Positions 23,908 through 33,774 of a stretch of DNA of 42,414 nt are shown here, in pieces; position 1 is the first letter of the stretch, and each line of letters begins with the position of its first letter. Made by a program: the position numbers and the translations under genes. The stretch comes from a virus. Below the pieces are notes generated by a model. That model was not told the origin of the DNA. It saw only the letters and a program-made list of their open reading frames with translations, and made no database searches. The stretch covers positions 1-42,414 of IMG/VR virus record IMGVR_UViG_3300045988_068405, one strand, 5' to 3'.

Positions 23908-26900
23908 ATATACTTGAACTTGTTGCAGGGATATCTGTTGATTCGTCAGGCATGGAAGATGACTTAGAATCTCTTGCTACACGTGCTGTAGCGAAGGGCA
24001 AGTTAATAGCAGATGCTATAGGCACAGTAGCCACTAAAGGCTTTGATCTACTGAAAGGTGCTATATCATCATCAGTAGAGACTGGAAAGTCATTTGATAC
24101 AGCTATCTCACAGGTTGCAGCGACAACAGGTCAGACAGTAGACCAGATTGGTGATTTAAAGGCTGCGGCTGAGGAAATGGGAGCGACCACAAAATTCACA
24201 GCCACCGAAGCTGCCGAAGGTATCAATATACTTGCAATGGCAGGTATGTCTGCAAGCGATATCCTTACCGAAGATGCCAACGGAGCTACCCTTTTAAGCA
24301 CAACGCTTGATCTTGCTTCAGCTGGCGCAATGTCCATGGAATCTTCTGCCACATACCTTACATCATCGCTGAAAGGCTTTAGTAAAGAGGGCAAGTCCGC
24401 GGCATACTATGCAGATTTGATGGCTAAGGGTGCTACCCTTGCAAATACTGATGTAAGCGCATTAGGCGAGGCATTATCTGGTGTCTCTGCCAATGCCTCA
24501 GCTTACGGGCAAGCTTCGGACTCTGTAACGCTGTCTCTGTTGAAGCTGGCAGAAGCTAATGTTACTGGCTCAAATGCAACGACTGCACTTAACTCTGCAA
24601 TGTCCGAGGTTTACACACCTACAGATCAGGCTAAAAAGGCTTTGGATAGCTTGGGGGTATCTGCATATAACGCGGATGGAACTGCACGTGATTTTAACGA
24701 TGTGGTAGATAATCTCACAGGGGCATTATCTGGCATGTCAGATCAGCAGAAGAACGCAACCCTTAATACTATCTTTGGTGTGCAAGGTTTGGACGCTTAT
24801 AACAAGATGGCGGCTGTATCTGCTGAGAAAACCAATAGCTTCAAGGAGTCTCTGGCGGCAGCGAGTGGATCAGCAGCACAGCAGGCGCAGACACAGTTAG
24901 ATAACCTCGAAGGTTCGATGACTCTTCTTGATTCTGCAATGGACGGCTTAAAGTTAGCCTTTTACAATTTGTTTTCTGGTAAATTAAAGGCTGCCATTGA
25001 TCTTATTTCAGAGTCGGTATCAATCCTGACTAATGGACTATCAAGTGGTGGACTTCTTGGCATGGTTAAGTCGGTTGGAAAGGTTGCAGATAATGCCTTT
25101 TCAAAATGGCTATCTAAACTAAGTGGCATAACAAAATTACCGCTTGTATCGTGGTTCGACCAGTTAAAAAAGACTGGTTCAGCCGCTTTCTCAGGTGTGG
25201 GGGATGCAGTAAAAACGCTTTTCTCTGCATTTGATCCATTGATTCAAGCCGTGAAAGACTTCCTCGGCATCACGGAGGATTCATCTTCGGCGATGGAGAA
25301 AGTACAAGGTAAGATGTCAGCGGCTAAGGCTATAGTAGATGGCTTAAAACAGGCAATCACGATAGCAGGGCAAGTATTTACTGGCTTTATTTCTGGCCCA
25401 GTGAATTTGATGGCACAGGCTTTTGCAGGGAAGATGCTCGTATCTTTTAAGCTCTTTGAGACGGCTTTTAATACGCTTGTATCTTTTATCAGCTCACTGC
25501 CTATCATGGATTGGATTGAGAAAATCCAAAGTTCCTTCTCTGGTGCACTTGAGTCCATTTCTACGGAATTTTCTCCACTGCTAGATGCAGTACTTAACTT
25601 TTCCGACTATTTGGTTGGATTAGTTACAGGCTTCTCGGATGCAGGAGAACAAAGTGGGGCTTTTGGCATTGCATTATCAGCTCTCAACCTTATCGTTGAT
25701 GGTATCGCCTCTGCTATCCAGATAGCAGGAGACGTTGTCTCTGGTGTGTTATCATTCCTGACTCAAGCTATCAATCAAATTGTAATAGATGCGCAGACAG
25801 ACGGCACACTGATTAACGATATCATAACAGGCGTTCAAGCGGTGGTATCTACAGCATTTACTATTATTTCGGATATCTGGAATAATACGTTACTTCCAGT
25901 TTTTTCTGGTATCTATTCTTGGCTTTCTGAAAATCTTCAACCAGCTTTCTCAGAGGTTTTCACCTTTGCACAGGATATTGTTAGTACGGTGTTTACAGTA
26001 ATTCAAGGGTACTGGAATGACATTTTAGCACCAGTATTCTCTGCGATTCTGACGGCACTACAAGATAATGTCGGGCCACTTTTTGAAACGACTTTCACAA
26101 AAGCGCAGGAGCTTGTAAGTACGGCATTTCAAGGCATACAGGACACTTGGGAGAATCATCTAAAACCGTGTTGGGAAGCTATCAAGACGTTTGCAGAAGA
26201 GGTGCTTTTACCGTGTTTTAGTGCGATTGGTTCGTTCCTTGAAAATAATTTGCAACCAGTTTTCGACTCGGTTTTTACATTTATTTCAGATTCAGTTATC
26301 GCTGCATTCGATACTGTAAAGTGGGAATATGACAATATTTTGAAACCGCTTTTTGACGGAATGCTTGATTTTATCCAGAATATCTTTTCGGGAAAATGGA
26401 GCGAGGCTTGGAATGGAGTTATCAATACTTTTAGGACAGTATTTGGTAATATCATCGAAGCAGCCAAGACACCTATCAATGCAGTAATTGATTTAATCAA
26501 TAATGCAATAGGCTTCATCGAGTCTGCATTGAACGCTATCGTAGGCGCTATGAATAGTATTTCCGTAACGGTTCCAGACTGGGTGCCAGGTATTGGCGGT
26601 AGAAATTTTGGAATCAATATCCCATCAGTAGGGTTCGGAAGGGTGAGCAGACTTGAGGAAGGTGGCATACTCCGTAAGGGGCAGAAAGGCTACTTGGAAG
26701 GTGCAGGAGATGAGGCAGTCGTACCACTTGAAAAATCAGAAGGTTGGCTGAATGCCCTTGCTAAGAAGATCAACGGAAATGGAAAGAACCGCCCACCAAT
26801 CACTATCAATATTAACGGCTATAACAAAGACAAGCAGGAGCTTGCGGACGCTGTAGCCGAGGAGGTATCAAAACGTATGGCAGACGATTATGACAGAGAT

Positions 26901-26918
26901 AGGAGGGTATTTGCATGA
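23904..26918 (+). CDS. Tape measure protein
   Basis: 1004 aa with a GTG start. 'MGATTKFTATEAAEGINILAMAGMSASD' resembles the TP901-type core. Long helical, Ala/Ser-rich body. Confidence 0.9.
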   Translation: MNILELVAGISVDSSGMEDDLESLATRAVAKGKLIADAIGTVATKGFDLLKGAISSSVETGKSFDTAISQVAATTGQTVDQIGDLKAAAEEMGATTKFTATEAAEGINILAMAGMSASDILTEDANGATLLSTTLDLASAGAMSMESSATYLTSSLKGFSKEGKSAAYYADLMAKGATLANTDVSALGEALSGVSANASAYGQASDSVTLSLLKLAEANVTGSNATTALNSAMSEVYTPTDQAKKALDSLGVSAYNADGTARDFNDVVDNLTGALSGMSDQQKNATLNTIFGVQGLDAYNKMAAVSAEKTNSFKESLAAASGSAAQQAQTQLDNLEGSMTLLDSAMDGLKLAFYNLFSGKLKAAIDLISESVSILTNGLSSGGLLGMVKSVGKVADNAFSKWLSKLSGITKLPLVSWFDQLKKTGSAAFSGVGDAVKTLFSAFDPLIQAVKDFLGITEDSSSAMEKVQGKMSAAKAIVDGLKQAITIAGQVFTGFISGPVNLMAQAFAGKMLVSFKLFETAFNTLVSFISSLPIMDWIEKIQSSFSGALESISTEFSPLLDAVLNFSDYLVGLVTGFSDAGEQSGAFGIALSALNLIVDGIASAIQIAGDVVSGVLSFLTQAINQIVIDAQTDGTLINDIITGVQAVVSTAFTIISDIWNNTLLPVFSGIYSWLSENLQPAFSEVFTFAQDIVSTVFTVIQGYWNDILAPVFSAILTALQDNVGPLFETTFTKAQELVSTAFQGIQDTWENHLKPCWEAIKTFAEEVLLPCFSAIGSFLENNLQPVFDSVFTFISDSVIAAFDTVKWEYDNILKPLFDGMLDFIQNIFSGKWSEAWNGVINTFRTVFGNIIEAAKTPINAVIDLINNAIGFIESALNAIVGAMNSISVTVPDWVPGIGGRNFGINIPSVGFGRVSRLEEGGILRKGQKGYLEGAGDEAVVPLEKSEGWLNALAKKINGNGKNRPPITININGYNKDKQELADAVAEEVSKRMADDYDRDRRVFA

Positions 26919-27622
26919 TGCACTACTTGATATACAATGGCGAGTCATCTGCCGACTACGATCTTTTAGTGGGAGCGCAAAACACCTTTAACGCTCCCAA
27001 AAGGAGCGTAACAAAGTATACGATACCTGGCAGGAACGGAGATTTAATCAAAGATAACGGATGCTTTGAAAATGCCTCCGTAGCCTACACTATAGTGTGT
27101 AAAAATCGGTTTGAGAGCCTTGCGGACTCGATCAGCGCATGGCTCAAAAGCCCTACAAGCTATTGCAGGCTAGAGGATAGTCACCATCCAGAGTACTACA
27201 GGATGGGACTTGTGACGGATGCTATTACCTACACAACAGGAGCACTCAATCACAGCGCAAAAGCCACAGTGACTTTTGATTGTAAGCCCCAGAAATGGCT
27301 TACAGATGGAGAGAGGGTAGAAAAATTTACTTCGGCAGGTATAATTTTCAATCCTACAAAGTTCACTTCGAAACCACTTATAAAAGTATATGGGAATGGA
27401 CAATCTACCCTAAAAATTGGCGATTATTCGATGAGTTTAAACTTGCAGGCTTATGTAACGATCGACTCTGAGTTGATGGACTGCACCAGAGGAAATATGA
27501 ACATGAACAGTTATGTGGTGCTTGATTCTGGCTTCCCAGAACTTAAATCTGGGATGAATTTAATTACTTTTACTGGTGGAATAAAATCAATAGAGATTAC
27601 TGGGAGGTGGTGGACAATTTGA
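26915..27622 (+). CDS. Distal tail protein (Dit)
   Basis: 235 aa. Position after the tape measure gene, with ATGA coupling. Confidence 0.7.
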   Translation: MMHYLIYNGESSADYDLLVGAQNTFNAPKRSVTKYTIPGRNGDLIKDNGCFENASVAYTIVCKNRFESLADSISAWLKSPTSYCRLEDSHHPEYYRMGLVTDAITYTTGALNHSAKATVTFDCKPQKWLTDGERVEKFTSAGIIFNPTKFTSKPLIKVYGNGQSTLKIGDYSMSLNLQAYVTIDSELMDCTRGNMNMNSYVVLDSGFPELKSGMNLITFTGGIKSIEITGRWWTI

Positions 27623-29760
27623 TACCGATTTTATATTCAGCGACCGAAAAGCTTTTTAAAACACAGGGCTTGGGAGCTTTGGTGGATATGATTAGCTGCA
27701 AAGTCACCGAAGAAAGAAACGGCTCATATGAGTTGACGATGACTTACCCTTTGAACGGTCAGCATTTTAAGGATTTGGAATTATCAAGAATTATCAAAGC
27801 CGTACCGTCCTACAAAACCGATCCAGAACCGTTTCGCATTTACGCTATCAGCAAGCCTTTAAACGGTATTGTAAAGATAAATGCGGAGCATATCTCATAT
27901 CAGCTATCACATATACCAGTAACACCCTTTGAAGCATCTAACGTAGTGGAGGCGATGGATAACCTTAAAAAGTACTCAGCAGAGGATAACCCTTTTTCTT
28001 TCTGGACTAGCAAAGAAACGCAAGCAAAAATGGCTTTTACAGTTCCGACCTCTTGCCGTGCTCTGCTTGGTGGTGTAGAGGGGAGCATTTTGGATACCTA
28101 CAAGGGCGAGTATGAGTTTACTGGATACACCGTAAAGCTACACCAAAACCGAGGATCAAATAAAGGTGTAACAATTCGCTATGGCAAGAACCTCACCGAT
28201 CTAAAACAAGAGGAAAGTATTGCGAACACAATCACAGGTATCTGTCCGTACTGGAAAAGCGAGGAAACAAACGAAGTTGTAACACTTCCAGAAGTATCAC
28301 TATATAGCAAGTATGCAAATAACTTCCCATACAAGCGGACTACGGTGCATGATTTTTCAGCAAGCTTTGAGGAAAAGCCGACAGTCGCGCAGCTTAGAGC
28401 TAAAGCAGAAAGCTACATTACGCAGAGCGGTGTAGGCGTGCCGGATGTATCTCTTACAGTATCTTTTGTAGTACTGTCGCAGTTTGAGGAGTACAAAGAT
28501 ATAGCTGCATTAGAGTCTGTCAACCTCTGTGATACAGTAAACGTTATTTTTGAAAATTTGGGTATCAACACAACTGCAAAAGTTGTAAAAACCGTGTATG
28601 ATGTGCTACTTGATAAATACGATAGTATCACGGTTGGAAGTACTCAAAACAGCCTCACCAAGAAGCTCACAGAGATTGACGAGAACACGCAAGAGGAAAT
28701 CAACAAGGAAACCTCTGCCAGAAAAAGAGCGATTACAGAGCTTGTAAAGAAGGTAGAGCAGGGCAGCGGTTTGTATGTAACTGATAAAGGAATTGGTGGG
28801 GCACATGATTGGTTTTTGCATGATAAGCCAGTCCTTGAAGAATCTCAGACCATCATTCGTATCAATGATGGTGGCATAATTTTTTCTATTGATGGTGGCG
28901 AGACTTACAACGGCTTAGATTGGAGCGGTACAGCAATCTTGCAAAAAATCTACACTGTGGGCATCAACGCAGCGTATATAGATACTGGACAGCTAAAGGT
29001 TGTAGATAACACTGGAAAGACTCTTTTTTGTGCCGATATGGACTCAGGCGAAGTAACTATAAACTCTGGCTTGCTTAAAGTTGGTGCAGGATATATTAAC
29101 ACTAACGGACGTTTTAAAATTGGCTCTATGTATTCGCAGGGTGGAGCGTATAACAAAGATACAGGGATATACGAGCGGCAAGATGTGTGTTTTGATAAGG
29201 CGATATTTATCAATTATGGAATTGAGCTTTACGGCAATAACGACTCAGCTGAGGGTATTGCATACTGTGATTTCCATTCTGGCTCAGACGTAACGACAGG
29301 TGATAGCTTGTATGATTACACTGGACGTTTGCAAAACTATCTTGCGCCTACTGGGACAAGTGAGTTTACGTTTTCTGGAAAGAAAAAGATTAATGATACA
29401 GAGGCAGGAACTTGTACAGTTGCAGTAAATGGAACTATCGTACACTCATCTGATAAAAGGCTAAAGGATAACATCAAAGATATATCTTGTGATACCGCCA
29501 CAGACTGGATAATGGCTTTAAACCCAGTGACGTATACTTACAAGGCTGATAGTGAGCTTAAAGTGCATCATGGACTTGTATATCAAGAGGTGCAAAAAAC
29601 CGCAAAAGAATTATCTATGGATAATCTGGCATTGCTACAAGAGTTTAGAGGTGCTGATAAAGTAGTTTACGGTGCTATTGGCTATGAAGAGCTGATAGCC
29701 GATCTCATAAAAGTGGTACAAAATCACGAAAAAATTTTGAGAGGAGAACAAAATGATTAA
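27607..29760 (+). CDS. Tail-associated protein (Tal, Prophage_tail-like N-terminus) with C-terminal intramolecular-chaperone (S74-like) domain
   Basis: 717 aa with a GTG start. The N-terminus 'ILYSATEKLFKTQGLGAL...EERNGSYELTMTYP' is Tal-like. The C-terminus 'HSSDKRLKDNIKDI...LNPVTYTYK' is the autoprocessing chaperone signature. Confidence 0.75.
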   Translation: MVDNLIPILYSATEKLFKTQGLGALVDMISCKVTEERNGSYELTMTYPLNGQHFKDLELSRIIKAVPSYKTDPEPFRIYAISKPLNGIVKINAEHISYQLSHIPVTPFEASNVVEAMDNLKKYSAEDNPFSFWTSKETQAKMAFTVPTSCRALLGGVEGSILDTYKGEYEFTGYTVKLHQNRGSNKGVTIRYGKNLTDLKQEESIANTITGICPYWKSEETNEVVTLPEVSLYSKYANNFPYKRTTVHDFSASFEEKPTVAQLRAKAESYITQSGVGVPDVSLTVSFVVLSQFEEYKDIAALESVNLCDTVNVIFENLGINTTAKVVKTVYDVLLDKYDSITVGSTQNSLTKKLTEIDENTQEEINKETSARKRAITELVKKVEQGSGLYVTDKGIGGAHDWFLHDKPVLEESQTIIRINDGGIIFSIDGGETYNGLDWSGTAILQKIYTVGINAAYIDTGQLKVVDNTGKTLFCADMDSGEVTINSGLLKVGAGYINTNGRFKIGSMYSQGGAYNKDTGIYERQDVCFDKAIFINYGIELYGNNDSAEGIAYCDFHSGSDVTTGDSLYDYTGRLQNYLAPTGTSEFTFSGKKKINDTEAGTCTVAVNGTIVHSSDKRLKDNIKDISCDTATDWIMALNPVTYTYKADSELKVHHGLVYQEVQKTAKELSMDNLALLQEFRGADKVVYGAIGYEELIADLIKVVQNHEKILRGEQND

Positions 29761-31816
29761 AGCAATTTATGAGCTGGACATGACCCCAAGGAGAGCCCTC
29801 CCAATCATCATCAATGTATCACAATATGATGATATAGGAAGAACACTTGTTTTTAACTTATTTACATCCTCTGGCAAGTGGACTGCTCCCACCTCTGCGG
29901 CTGTAACTTTTGAGGGTGGTAAGCCTGATGGCAAGTTTTTTTCGTATAACTGCGCATACTCCAACGGCACTGTAACTGTGACTATACAGCAGCAGATGAC
30001 GGCTGTAGCAGGCAAGGTAAGATGTAAGGTCAAGGTAAAATCTGGCGACAAGGTAGTGGAGTCTGCCCCTATCATCATGGTTGTAGATGCTGCCGCAGTA
30101 CCAGACGGCTCTGACATGTCCAAGAGTGACATTAACGATGCTATCGCCAATGCCACTCAGAAAATCGTTGATCAGGTTAAGGATACTATCCCATCCGACT
30201 ATGCACAGCTAAGTACAGATATTAATTCACTAAAGCAAGATAAAGTTGATAAACCTTCTGCCACTGACGATGGCAAAATACCAAGAGCAAAGGAAGGAGG
30301 GGTAGAGTGGGTGGAGGTAGGGCAACCGACAGACGAACAGACAAATAGCGCAGTATCAAGTTGGTTGAATGAACATCCAGAAGCAACAACTACTGTGTCG
30401 GATGGTAGTATCAATGAAGAGAAATTTACAAATGCATTAAGAAAAAAGAAGGCAAATTATTATATATCGGTTGAAAGGATGAAAGAAGATACATCCTTGA
30501 TAATAGATACTGTATGTGTTACTTTAGGTTATTACGAGCTAAATGATGGCGGTAGGTCTACTTATAAAGTTCGTAAAAAGATTGCTACTGATATTGATGA
30601 TGGCGGGTCTATCATTTTTTTAAATAATAAGCTTGTCGCAGAATTGATTGTTGAAAATGAAACGGTGAATGTAAAACAATTTGGTGCACGTGGCAATGGT
30701 ATTAATGACGATTATAATTATTTTAGAAATGCGATAGTTTTCTCTAAAGGAAACGGATTTGAAATTAAAATTCCAGTTGGAACTTTTATTATATCAAAAC
30801 AATTAAATTTAAAATCCGTTGTTGGTTTAAAAATTATTGGCATGAATGACTCATCAGAAAGATATGCGACTAAAATTATTTATGGTGGAACTAATTCTTG
30901 TTTAAATTTAGATGGGTGTAAAAATATCAGTATCTGTAATTTTCATTTAGAAGCAAAAAATGGAACTGGTATTTCTTTAACTGGTGATAGAAGTCTTAAT
31001 TGTCATTTTTCTGATATTTATATTTCTAATATGATTTATGGTATATATATTACTGCCACAACTGGATATATTTATTTCGATAGAGTTAGAATGAATGTAT
31101 CAGAAAATACAATTAATGGCACTTTTATAGACTGCAATAATGAAATTTATACCAATTATGTTTATTTTAGAGAGTGCGCAGTGGATGCATTATCTATATC
31201 TGATAAAACTAGGACTCTTGTATATCTTGGAAATTGCTACTATATTTATTTTAGCCATTGTGATATTTGTAATGGTCATATTGCTATTGCTTTTGATAAA
31301 AACGTTGATTATATTTTTATAAATGATACAACATTGTATAATATGGACATTGGGCTGCTGACATTAAAAAGTGTAACACACATTCCATATATACATGCTA
31401 CCAATACATTATTAAAGTGTAAGACTGGATTAGATGAAGAAGATGGTTTGGGTGGACATTATTCGTTTAGTTCATGCTCTTGGAATTGTACAGTTAATAA
31501 TATAGGAAGTATAAAACGACCGGCTAAAGCATCATCTTGTTATTTTACAAATCGTTTGGAAAACTTAAAAAACAAGATTTATGAAACATGCGAAGCAATG
31601 AACAACAAATATTACTTGAGCGTAAAAGCAAATTCTACTGAAAGTAAAGAAATTTATGTTGTAGGAGATTATATGACTGATAACTATATTGCTATTTCAC
31701 CAGACTCCGAACTTTTAATAAAATCTCAGACTTACAATACTACTAACAAAAAGATAGAATTAACAGTTACAAATAACACAAATTATGATAGGGGAGCATA
31801 TTTCTTTATTTGTTAA
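29753..31816 (+). CDS. Receptor-binding protein: BppU-like N-terminus plus pectate-lyase-type beta-helix (putative depolymerase)
   Basis: 687 aa. The N-terminus 'LPIIINVSQYDDIGRTLVFNLF' is BppU-like. 'VNVKQFGARGNGINDDYNYFRNAI' is the classic start of a Pectate_lyase_3 beta-helix. The 3' two-thirds are AT-rich. Confidence 0.7.
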   Translation: MIKAIYELDMTPRRALPIIINVSQYDDIGRTLVFNLFTSSGKWTAPTSAAVTFEGGKPDGKFFSYNCAYSNGTVTVTIQQQMTAVAGKVRCKVKVKSGDKVVESAPIIMVVDAAAVPDGSDMSKSDINDAIANATQKIVDQVKDTIPSDYAQLSTDINSLKQDKVDKPSATDDGKIPRAKEGGVEWVEVGQPTDEQTNSAVSSWLNEHPEATTTVSDGSINEEKFTNALRKKKANYYISVERMKEDTSLIIDTVCVTLGYYELNDGGRSTYKVRKKIATDIDDGGSIIFLNNKLVAELIVENETVNVKQFGARGNGINDDYNYFRNAIVFSKGNGFEIKIPVGTFIISKQLNLKSVVGLKIIGMNDSSERYATKIIYGGTNSCLNLDGCKNISICNFHLEAKNGTGISLTGDRSLNCHFSDIYISNMIYGIYITATTGYIYFDRVRMNVSENTINGTFIDCNNEIYTNYVYFRECAVDALSISDKTRTLVYLGNCYYIYFSHCDICNGHIAIAFDKNVDYIFINDTTLYNMDIGLLTLKSVTHIPYIHATNTLLKCKTGLDEEDGLGGHYSFSSCSWNCTVNNIGSIKRPAKASSCYFTNRLENLKNKIYETCEAMNNKYYLSVKANSTESKEIYVVGDYMTDNYIAISPDSELLIKSQTYNTTNKKIELTVTNNTNYDRGAYFFIC

Positions 31817-31833
31817 GGAGGAGGCGATAACTA

Positions 31834-32010
31834 ATGGCATTACAACAGGATTGGATTATTTCCTTAAAAGGATTTTGTGCCGATAGTGTCGCTGTACACA
31901 GTATAGTTAACTTTAGTAGTGGCAGGAGGAAGAACTTGAAAAGATACCGCTTTATTGCGTTGGCACGTGCCGAACCGCATACGAAAGAAATTAAAAAAGA
32001 CTCAAAATAA
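31834..32010 (+). CDS. Hypothetical small basic protein (58 aa, not in ORF track)
   Basis: ATG 31834 follows GGAGGAGG. Hand translation MALQQDWIISLKGF...KEIKKDSK. Preferred over the antisense listed ORF 31806..32174. Confidence 0.45.
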   Translation: MALQQDWIISLKGFCADSVAVHSIVNFSSGRRKNLKRYRFIALARAEPHTKEIKKDSK

Positions 32011-32022
32011 GGAGAAAATGGC

Positions 32023-32289
32023 ATGGCACTTTTGGAAACCCTGATACCTGCATGTATATCAGCAGGAGTTACCTTGCTTGTGTGCCTTATCAATAACCAT
32101 GGACAGCAGGAACGCACACGGGCACTTATGGAATATAAGTTAGATGAGCTTGCAAAGAGAGTTGATAAGCACAATTCGGTGATCGAGCGGACTTATAATC
32201 TCGAAAAGGATATGGCGGTTGTGATGGAAAAAATCGGTGTAGCAAATCATCGTATCAAAGATTTGGAACAGGAGGAAAAAGAGGAATGA
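32023..32289 (+). CDS. Membrane-anchored coiled-coil protein (XhlA-like lysis accessory, putative)
   Basis: 88 aa with an N-terminal TM 'LIPACISAGVTLLVCLI' followed by a coiled coil. Directly upstream of the holin. Confidence 0.5.
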   Translation: MALLETLIPACISAGVTLLVCLINNHGQQERTRALMEYKLDELAKRVDKHNSVIERTYNLEKDMAVVMEKIGVANHRIKDLEQEEKEE

Positions 32290-32471
32290 AGAAGTGGTTA
32301 AAAACTGTAGGTATTAGATGCGTAAAAACCATGGCGCAGGCAGCAATTGGAGTCATTGGCTCTTCTGCCATGCTTGCAGAAGTAGATTGGAAGGTATGCC
32401 TATCAACCGTTGTGTTGGCAGGTATCACTTGTATCTTGATGAACATTTCACAGATCAAGGAGGAAGAATAA
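32286..32471 (+). CDS. Holin
   Basis: 61 aa with two TM segments ('AQAAIGVIGSSAML' and 'VCLSTVVLAGITCILM') and a charged C-terminus. ATGA coupling. Lies upstream of the endolysin. Confidence 0.65.
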   Translation: MKKWLKTVGIRCVKTMAQAAIGVIGSSAMLAEVDWKVCLSTVVLAGITCILMNISQIKEEE

Positions 32472-32472
32472 T

Positions 32473-32796
32473 ATGAAAGCAATGTTATCACAACCAATGG
32501 CAGGAAAGAGTGAAGAAGAAATCAAGACTACCAGAGAAAAGGCAATCGCAGTCTTGAAAGAAAAAGGCTATGAAATTATCAATACGCTTTTCACTGATGA
32601 GTGGTACAGCAATGATTCCATGAAAGAGCGTGGAGTAGTACAGATTCCCCTCTGCTTCCTTGCAAAGTCACTGGAAAATATGAGTCTCTGCCATGCAGCG
32701 TATTTCTGCAAGGGATGGGAAAAGGCTAGAGGATGCCGTATTGAACATGATGCAGCAGTGGCTTATGGATTAACAATCATCTACGAGGAGGACTAG
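32473..32796 (+). CDS. DUF4406 / nucleoside 2-deoxyribosyltransferase-like protein
   Basis: 107 aa; 'LSQPMAGKSEEE' N-terminus and 'AAYFCKGWEKARGCRIEHDAAVAYGLTI' match the DUF4406 pattern (recollection). Confidence 0.5.
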   Translation: MKAMLSQPMAGKSEEEIKTTREKAIAVLKEKGYEIINTLFTDEWYSNDSMKERGVVQIPLCFLAKSLENMSLCHAAYFCKGWEKARGCRIEHDAAVAYGLTIIYEED

Positions 32797-32799
32797 TTA

Positions 32800-33771
32800 A
32801 TGGTACGTGTAGGTAGTGCAAGAATTGACGAGAACGGCAAGCTGATTGGCGGGCAGGCAGGAGATCAGACAGGGCAGGAAGTAGCTGTAGAAGCATGGTA
32901 TCGCCATGATAAGGGGTGGGTAGTCATCCGTGCTAAAGATGCAGCAGTGCGTGAGCGCATTGCACAGTGCATAGAAGCAGCGTGCGCAAATAATAATATC
33001 GGCTATGATCAGTCTACGTCTTGGGATTTATACGATACGGCTAAGCAGTACGGATGGGATTGTAGCAAGGTTAACACCCCAGTGGAGACAGACTGTAGCA
33101 GCCTTGTACGTGTATGTGTGGCATATGCTTTGCAGCGCGACATCCCGTGGTTTTCTACTGCCAACGAAGTTGAGGTGCTTGATTCTACAGATGAATTTGA
33201 GGTCATCCGTGAGCCAAAATGTACAGAGTCCTCAGCATATCAGATGCGTGGAGATATCCTGTGCACAACTGTACAGGGGCATACTGTGGTTGTGCTTGAT
33301 AATGGTGAAAAGGTGGAGTGCGAGATTATCTCAGCTGGCAACACTACCCTCTGCGGTACTGGCATAGGTACAGCAGTATCAAAGCAGGCTATGCATGTAC
33401 GAGATGGAGAGAGTACCTCTGCCACCTCGTATACCGTGATCTTAGCAGGGGTAGCCGTGGAAGTGTTGGCACTTACTGCATCAGGGTGGTATAAGATTGT
33501 GTGGCCAGGCGCATCGTGTGGCTACGCATATACTAAGGCAGGAGAAGCGTATTATAGCTATACTGGTAAGATATCAGGATTCGCAGTGGGCGATACAGTA
33601 AGCTTTGTAGGCGGTAAGCAGTACATCTCAGCCAATGCATCTACACCAGTACCTGCACAGCCTTGCAAGGCACAGGTAACAAGGATATATGAGAGTGGCA
33701 AGCACAAGTATCATGTAGTTGGAGATAACGTCTACGGATGGGTAGATGAGACAGACCTGCGGAAAGGATAA
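32800..33771 (+). CDS. Endolysin (putative Cys-peptidase/amidase N-domain plus two SH3b-like repeats)
   Basis: 323 aa; 'ARIDENGKLIGGQAGDQTGQE...NNNIGYDQ...ETDCSSLV'. C-terminal 'GWYKIVWPG' and 'VYGWVDETDL' are SH3-like motifs. Position after the holin. Confidence 0.65.
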   Translation: MVRVGSARIDENGKLIGGQAGDQTGQEVAVEAWYRHDKGWVVIRAKDAAVRERIAQCIEAACANNNIGYDQSTSWDLYDTAKQYGWDCSKVNTPVETDCSSLVRVCVAYALQRDIPWFSTANEVEVLDSTDEFEVIREPKCTESSAYQMRGDILCTTVQGHTVVVLDNGEKVECEIISAGNTTLCGTGIGTAVSKQAMHVRDGESTSATSYTVILAGVAVEVLALTASGWYKIVWPGASCGYAYTKAGEAYYSYTGKISGFAVGDTVSFVGGKQYISANASTPVPAQPCKAQVTRIYESGKHKYHVVGDNVYGWVDETDLRKG

Positions 33772-33774
33772 CTG

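Noticed and set aside
31806-32174. Listed minus-strand ORF (122 aa) in the gap after the receptor-binding gene
   Set aside because: It is antisense to two + strand ORFs that have strong RBSs (31834..32010 and 32023..32289), and it would be the only minus gene inside the late operon.
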